A stretch of 60,998 nucleotides of DNA from Defluviitaleaceae bacterium (lineage in GTDB: Bacteria; Bacillota; Clostridia; Lachnospirales; WRAA01): assembly GCA_009780015.1 (NCBI GenBank), contig WRAW01000003.1, positions 1 through 60,998 on the forward strand, given 5' to 3'. The notes beneath the pieces were generated by a model. That model was not told where the DNA came from. It made no database searches and saw nothing but the letters and a program-made list of their open reading frames with translations. Shown piece by piece: positions 56,033-60,998 of this stretch. The translations under genes were made by a program, and so were the position numbers. Each line of letters opens with the position of its first letter. Position 1 is the stretch's first letter.

Positions 56033-56581
56033 ATGGAAAACAACCAATTTTGCCAAAGATGTGGTATGCCTATGGAAAAGCCGGAGGATTTCGGAACTAA
56101 CGCTGACGGAAGCAAGAATAAGGACTATTGCTGCTATTGCTATGAAAATGGAGCTTTTTTCTATCCTGAAGCGACTATGGAGCAAGTAATTGAAGGCTGT
56201 ATACCTCATGTGGTTCCAGATGTTTTTGCGGATGAAGCTGCGGCAAGGGCGGCCATGAGCGAACATTTTCCCACTCTTAAATGTTGGAAGAAAACAGGAA
56301 TGATTATATCGTTCAGGCTGAAAGAGGGGGTATCTGCGGATGATTTCTTAGCGGCGTCTGATAAAATCCAAGAAAACTATATCTCCAAATGCAAAGGTTT
56401 CATAACCAGGCAACTTATGACAATTGACGGATTATGGACGGACTGGGTTATTTGGGAGACTTTACCCGATGCCGAAAATTCAATGAGAAAGTCCGAAGAA
56501 AACGATTCGGCTAAAGCGTTTACTGCGTTAATAGATGAAGTCATAGAGCATCAGCTTTATCCCCTTGAGAGAAGTTACTAG
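56033..56581 (+). CDS. zinc-ribbon domain fused to a ~95-aa alpha/beta (ABM/dimeric-barrel-like) domain
   Basis: The N-terminus MENNQFCQRCGMP...GTNADGSKNKDYCCYCYENGAF...FPTLKCW is paralogous to the 20686 gene. AGGAGGA RBS. Confidence 0.7.
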   Translation: MENNQFCQRCGMPMEKPEDFGTNADGSKNKDYCCYCYENGAFFYPEATMEQVIEGCIPHVVPDVFADEAAARAAMSEHFPTLKCWKKTGMIISFRLKEGVSADDFLAASDKIQENYISKCKGFITRQLMTIDGLWTDWVIWETLPDAENSMRKSEENDSAKAFTALIDEVIEHQLYPLERSY

Positions 56582-56647
56582 TATAGGTGGTAAGTGTATT
56601 CTCTGGTTATCTTGACGCCTAAAACATGAACATATGGTATTTTTAAC

Positions 56648-56682
56648 GGCTTCGGTAACGATTTTGTTATCGAAGCCTTTTT
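56648..56682 (+). terminator. rho-independent terminator
   Basis: GGCTTCG (56648-56654) pairs with CGAAGCC (56671-56677), followed by TTTTT. Confidence 0.6.
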
Positions 56683-56765
56683 GACGTTTGGGATTGCTAT
56701 AGTTATCTTGCTTGCGTGTGGGTTCACCGTCGGTATCGACTAAGCGAATCGAAAGAGGTGCTGCA

Positions 56766-57149
56766 ATGAATAATAACGGGATCATCTTGTTAGTAGATAA
56801 CGACCTATGCTTAAATAATGAAACACAAAATGAATTTTACAAACGGGATTACACGGTATTAACTGCAACATCCTATAGTGAGGCCCGTGCTATACTGAAG
56901 GAAGCTGACCCGGATGTTATCATAATGGAGGCAATTCTCCCGGATGGGGACGGATTTGACTTCTTTAAGGAAATCAGCGGTTGCACTACAGCAAGCATAG
57001 TGATCCTGACATCCAAATCTGATAGGAGCGATGTAATCAGGGGAATAAAAATGGGGTGCGAAGAGTATATCAAAAAACCTTTTCGCAAAGATGTGATGAT
57101 AGCACGGATAGAAGCCTTAATACAGTGGCGCAAAAGATGGCGCGCTTAG
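56766..57149 (+). CDS. stand-alone receiver domain with a substituted phospho-acceptor (pseudo-receiver or truncated regulator)
   Basis: ATG at 56766, 5 nt after AGAGGTG. VIIMEAILPDGDGFDF aligns with LIVLDIMLPDGNGLDF of the neighbouring regulator, so Glu replaces the acceptor Asp. The acidic pair reads VDND. The T (ILTSK) and K (KKPF) are retained. There is no output domain. Confidence 0.7.
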   Translation: MNNNGIILLVDNDLCLNNETQNEFYKRDYTVLTATSYSEARAILKEADPDVIIMEAILPDGDGFDFFKEISGCTTASIVILTSKSDRSDVIRGIKMGCEEYIKKPFRKDVMIARIEALIQWRKRWRA

Positions 57150-57329
57150 TTGATGATAAGGAAAGGTTTACGTTCCAAGCATAAGATGGAATGATATAAA
57201 ACGAAAACACAAAATTAAAAAATCAAAGAAATTCAAAACACTACCCTTGGGGAGTTCTATTTTTTGTCGAAATGGAGTTTAATAAGTATAAGTTGATGGG
57301 GGTAATTATCAGGATATCATTTAGTCCTA

Positions 57330-57465
57330 AGCGCTTCTATTGAGGACGCCGGAGCGGGTGAGCACGGCAAGGGGTTTTCCGTTGAAGCCGATTTTGTAAG
57401 CGAGAACCTTTTAAGTCATGCGGTTACGCTCATGACGTTGGTGGGGAGGTTTAAAATCAAAATAA
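57330..57465 (+). pseudogene. internally deleted MCP gene remnant
   Basis: It translates to [44 protein letters not shown]. Compare [30 protein letters not shown]...LVDQFKI in the intact MCPs. It has no start, no TM or HAMP region, and most of the signalling domain is missing. Confidence 0.6.
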
Positions 57466-57713
57466 TAAGCGAGGTATTACAACGTGGAATTTATAAAGGT
57501 TCTGGTAACAAATATGTTATCGAAGTCTTTTTGGGATCCGTGACTGTTATAATTAAATAGAATTGAATAATGGTTTACTCGCCAAGGAGATTGTCGGTAT
57601 GTGGATAGCATAAATAAAATGCACGACGACAGCCGGATGCTCCGGTGGGTGACCGCGGCTTATACCGGCTTGATACTGAACTGAGAACAACTTGAAAAGA
57701 GGTGGGATTTAAT

Positions 57714-58304
57714 ATGCTTGACCATATGACTAAACGAAAACCTCAAAATGATGCGGACGTCCGTACACAGATTGAGGCCTTGGCTGAAATGGCATCACAA
57801 GGTGATAAAAAAGCGCTTTGTGGTTTGATAGAAAAAATTTCAAAAAGCGTTCTATTTCAACTTACATATCTTCTAAATGATAAATCGAGCGTTGAGGACG
57901 TATCACAGAATGTACTGCTCCGCGTATGTGAAAACATCTGCGGTTTGCGCAAGCCTAAGGCATTTAAGGGGTGGCTTGCCCGTATTATAATCAACGAAAA
58001 TAACCGCTACTTGGCTAAGAACTTAAGGCTGGGCGGCTCATTGAACATTGACGATTATACGGATAGCATGGAAGATGGGCGCTCTCTTCCTCATGAACGC
58101 GTTGAAAACAATGAGCTACACAAGACAGTGATTGAAATTATATCGGGTTTGCCTGAGCGTCAGAGGGAAGCTGTTATTCTTCACTATTATAATGACCTGA
58201 GCGTAACGGAAGTTGCCAAACTCATGAATATTACGCCGCAGACCGTTTCAAAGAACTTGTCGATAGCAAGGGAAAAGCTGTATTCAATAATAATACGAAT
58301 ATGA
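57714..58304 (+). CDS. sigma-70 family (ECF-type) RNA polymerase sigma factor
   Basis: Region 2 (VEDVSQNVLLRVCENI...FKGWLARIIINE) and region 4 (LPERQREAVILHYYNDLSVTEVAKLMNITPQTVSKNLSIAREKL). ATG 7 nt after AGAGGTGGG. Confidence 0.8.
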   Translation: MLDHMTKRKPQNDADVRTQIEALAEMASQGDKKALCGLIEKISKSVLFQLTYLLNDKSSVEDVSQNVLLRVCENICGLRKPKAFKGWLARIIINENNRYLAKNLRLGGSLNIDDYTDSMEDGRSLPHERVENNELHKTVIEIISGLPERQREAVILHYYNDLSVTEVAKLMNITPQTVSKNLSIAREKLYSIIIRI

Positions 58305-58537
58305 CGATGGTTGTATAATTGTAGATATCGCTTGCCTTCCTAATTATTTCATAACTCAAAGAGTTATTTGTAAAACCAAATGCCGCTACTTCATTATAAT
58401 ATGTCGCTGCCATGGGACTTTTATCATATACAATCAAAATTTTTAATAACCTATCGTAAGAATAGGTCTGTACCTTGATTTTGACTTTCAATATGGCCAT
58501 TGCATAAATAAGTTGTGTATAATAATGCCGAAACTAA

Positions 58538-58566
58538 TTGAATTAGTTATAGAAGCATGATATAAT
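58538..58566 (+). promoter_or_regulatory. sigma-A-type promoter with extended -10
   Basis: TTGAAT (58538-58543), 17 nt of spacer ending in TGA, then TATAAT (58561-58566). About 150 nt upstream of the ATG at 58724. Confidence 0.45.
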
Positions 58567-58723
58567 GTAAGATAAGTATGGATATTGGGCTATATAATGG
58601 CAAGAGCTTACAGACCTGTCTTGATAGGTTTTATTTACGTACCAATCGCTGGAAGCAGCAAGGTCAGTTGATTACGATTAAAGCTTAATAGTCATAGAGT
58701 AATAAAACTAAGGAGGATTATTT

Positions 58724-58951
58724 ATGAGCGGCGATTCAGAAAAAAGGGCAGTATTAATGCACGTCAGAAAGTTCTTAGGCAAAGTTAAGATGGAGTACAA
58801 CACACAATTTCACGTTGTTTTATATACTTCCTTTGGAAAACTTGTTTGTGATATAGAACCATTTGCACAAGAAAGCTCGGCTCTTAGATTTACCGACGAT
58901 CCAACAGTGTTTACTTTGGACGCTTCAGCTATTTTTGATGGGAAAAGCTAG
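58724..58951 (+). CDS. hypothetical small protein (75 aa), reading frame continues past an in-frame TAG
   Basis: Strong RBS AAGGAGG 7 nt upstream. After the TAG at 58949-58951 the same frame stays open for 44 more codons, up to TAA at 59084-59086. Confidence 0.5.
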   Translation: MSGDSEKRAVLMHVRKFLGKVKMEYNTQFHVVLYTSFGKLVCDIEPFAQESSALRFTDDPTVFTLDASAIFDGKS

Positions 58952-59247
58952 TTGAATACAAATTTAATAAACATAAAAAACGTTATTGCCTATAATAATT
59001 CAGGTGAAGAATTTATGCGAACAGAGCAAATGATTCTATTCGCCGATCAAATACTTGGCTTTAGCCTTGTAAATAAGAAAATGTAAATAGTTGCGATTGT
59101 TGAAAAATATTTAAGAATTTTATTGTGATAATAAAACAAGCCCGTCTTAGTAATTGTATTTCATGACCTGCAATGATGTGTAGTAAATTAAACATACGAT
59201 GCTTGCTATCGGTTGTCGGCTTGCGATAGTGAAAAGAGGAGAAGTTT

Positions 59248-60081
59248 ATGAAAATACGTGAAGTAAAAAGAATTGTAAAGGGTCATCCAACGATAGACGG
59301 TGCAGGGGTTAAACTGATCCGTGTATTTAGTCCCAGCGATGTTTATGATATTGATCCGTTCCTAATGTTTGACGCTTTCGGCTCAGAAAATTCAGAGGAT
59401 TATATTAAAGGCTTCCCTATGCACCCGCATAGGGGGATCGAGACAATTACGTATCTTTTGGAGGGCAGGGTCGATCATATGGATAGTCTTGGGAACAGTG
59501 GTACACTGCTGGACGGAGACTTGCAGTGGATGACGGCGGGAAGTGGAATTCTGCACGAAGAAATGCCAAAGGAAACAAAGAGACTTGACGGATTGCAGTT
59601 TTGGCTAAACCTGCCTCAAAAGGATAAAATGGCGCCGCCTAACTATTTTCCAATCACTCCCGACATGGTGAAGGACATTGATATTGATAACGGCAGAATC
59701 AAACTGATTTCGGGGGAATATTTGGGAGTGAGCGGAGTCAGCCCAAAGTATGTTAAAGCAACTATGATGGATGTGAGCATAGATGCCGGCTCTCAATATG
59801 ATATACCAATCCCCCGTGAGCACAACACATTCGTGTATGTGTTGGAGGGGGCGGCTTGCTTTGGAGAGGAACGTACGCAAGTCGAAAAACATTCCGCCGC
59901 GATCTTCTCAGATGGTAACGTAATCCGTAGCTACACCTCAGAGTTAGGAGTGCGCTTTGTGTTGCTTGCCGGAAAGCCCCTTCAAGAACCCATTGCGTGG
60001 GGAGGGCCTATCGTTATGAATACCAATGAAGAAATTCAAACGGCGTTTAATGAGTTGGCGCAAGGCAATTTTATAAAGTAG
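59248..60081 (+). CDS. pirin-family protein (bicupin)
   Basis: 277 aa. The HPHRGIETITY metal-binding motif, with typical length and texture. Confidence 0.9.
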   Translation: MKIREVKRIVKGHPTIDGAGVKLIRVFSPSDVYDIDPFLMFDAFGSENSEDYIKGFPMHPHRGIETITYLLEGRVDHMDSLGNSGTLLDGDLQWMTAGSGILHEEMPKETKRLDGLQFWLNLPQKDKMAPPNYFPITPDMVKDIDIDNGRIKLISGEYLGVSGVSPKYVKATMMDVSIDAGSQYDIPIPREHNTFVYVLEGAACFGEERTQVEKHSAAIFSDGNVIRSYTSELGVRFVLLAGKPLQEPIAWGGPIVMNTNEEIQTAFNELAQGNFIK

Positions 60082-60181
60082 AATTGGAGCTTATCCAATA
60101 ATGGTAACGAAACAGATTTTTATTGGATAGGATCTAAATAATTTGGGCATCCCCAAAATAATAAAGAAAAGGTGGTTAATT

Positions 60182-60673
60182 ATGAAAATTACTTTCAAAG
60201 GGAATCCGCTTACTTTATCCGGGAGCACACTTAATATTGGTGACGTAATTAAAGATTTCACTGTGACTAAAAATGATTTAAGTCCACTTGCATTGGCAGA
60301 TACGAAAGGTGTAAGGATATTTTTGAGCGTTCCATCCCTGGACACGCCCGTTTGTGACATGGAAGTGCGCAAGTTTAACGAAAAGGCTGCAGATATCAGT
60401 GGTGTAACCATTTATGTAGTTTCTATGGACTTGCCTTTTGCACAGGCAAGATGGTGCGGCGGAGCCGGTATTAATAACTTGGTCGCTGTTTCCGATTATA
60501 AGAACGCCTCATTTGCTAAAGCCACAGGCACTTACATTGAGGAGCTTTCCCTTTTGACGCGCGCCGCCTTTGTAGTAAATGCCGAAGGTGTAGTCACTCA
60601 TGTTGAATATGTGGAAGAAGTAACATCAGAGCCTAATTATGAAGCAATTCTGGAAGCCGCAAAAAAAGCGTAA
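60182..60673 (+). CDS. tpx: thiol peroxidase (atypical 2-Cys peroxiredoxin, Tpx)
   Basis: MKITFKGNPLTLSG..., peroxidatic Cys in SVPSLDTPVCD, resolving Cys in ARWCG. ATG 60182 follows AAAGGTGG. Confidence 0.9.
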   Translation: MKITFKGNPLTLSGSTLNIGDVIKDFTVTKNDLSPLALADTKGVRIFLSVPSLDTPVCDMEVRKFNEKAADISGVTIYVVSMDLPFAQARWCGGAGINNLVAVSDYKNASFAKATGTYIEELSLLTRAAFVVNAEGVVTHVEYVEEVTSEPNYEAILEAAKKA

Positions 60674-60998
60674 AATTGGCTTTAAGCTTGATGCAGTTTA
60701 TGTATAAATCTTAGGATATTTATGTTCTTCGATGTTTTGGAAGCAACGACGTTCGGCGAATAAATGTCCGTAAAGATAGCGTTTGATAATTTTGCGACCA
60801 GTATGGCATAAGGCTTTGCGGGTGTATTATGTATCTCATGCTCCGGCCTATATCACCAGCAAAGCCATTGTGCCAAACCGCAAGTCATTATAGTAAATAG
60901 CCGTTTTCCTTGTTCGCTATTTGTAAAATTTTAAGAGATAATACAATTCGTGATATCCTCATGCGACAAGCCTATATCAAGGCGGCTACACTTCTCCA

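Noticed and set aside
58231-58500. 89-aa minus-strand ORF overlapping the 3' end of the sigma factor gene.
   Set aside because: It has no RBS and overlaps a well-supported gene. At most it could be a relic of a lost gene.
60674-60998. Possible gene or IS fragment in the last 325 bp.
   Set aside because: It contains only very short ORFs in any frame and I recognise no motif. The evidence is insufficient to call anything.

Overview
This 61 kb window looks like it comes from a spore-forming, motile, anaerobic Clostridia-like Firmicute, judging by spoIIE, several MCPs and oxygen-sensitive Mo/Fe-S enzymes. All family calls rest on motifs I recognise by eye. No searches were run.

(1) 1-943: the 5' part of a minus-strand secreted repeat protein. 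It is absent from the ORF track because it runs off the window edge.

(2) 1.1-23.5 kb: a large selenium-dependent molybdenum hydroxylase (SDMH) / anaerobic purine-urate catabolism cluster, equivalent to the E. coli ygeW-ygfK-xdhD neighbourhood. It contains an XdhC-like maturation factor, a MocA::YqeB-family fusion, dpaL(ygeX), ygeY, ygeW, ssnA, a DUF2148-like protein, an NCS2 permease, ygfK, xdhABC-type and fused 2Fe-2S/Mo hydroxylases, a zinc-ribbon protein, hyuA(ygeZ) and an Fe-ADH.

(3) 24-36 kb: housekeeping genes. These are aminopeptidase P, a coiled-coil protein, an M20 amidohydrolase, an AlkA-like glycosylase, a GNAT, a DAG-kinase-family lipid kinase, a PAS-type MCP, spoIIE and a stalk-domain protein.

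(4) 36.8-42 kb: a TRAP transporter divergent from an M20D amidohydrolase.

(5) 42.5-46.8 kb: a tight ACP / FabG-like / two DUF2229-type / BcrAD-BadFG activase operon of unknown function. This is my top candidate for an undescribed system.

(6) 47-49.6 kb: cadA with an ArsR/CadC-like repressor and three operator boxes.

(7) 50-60.7 kb: a signalling-rich, partly decayed region. It holds a poly-HAMP MCP, a 7TM-DISM-type histidine kinase with an OmpR-type regulator, a second zinc-ribbon protein, a pseudo-receiver, an MCP remnant and an ECF-type sigma factor, followed by pirin and tpx.

Superimposed on all of this are at least four families of long, near-palindromic intergenic repeats (A-D). Some are nested, some supply stop codons, and one shows compensatory stem changes.

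I recognised no rRNA, tRNA, CRISPR array, transposase, integrase or phage genes.
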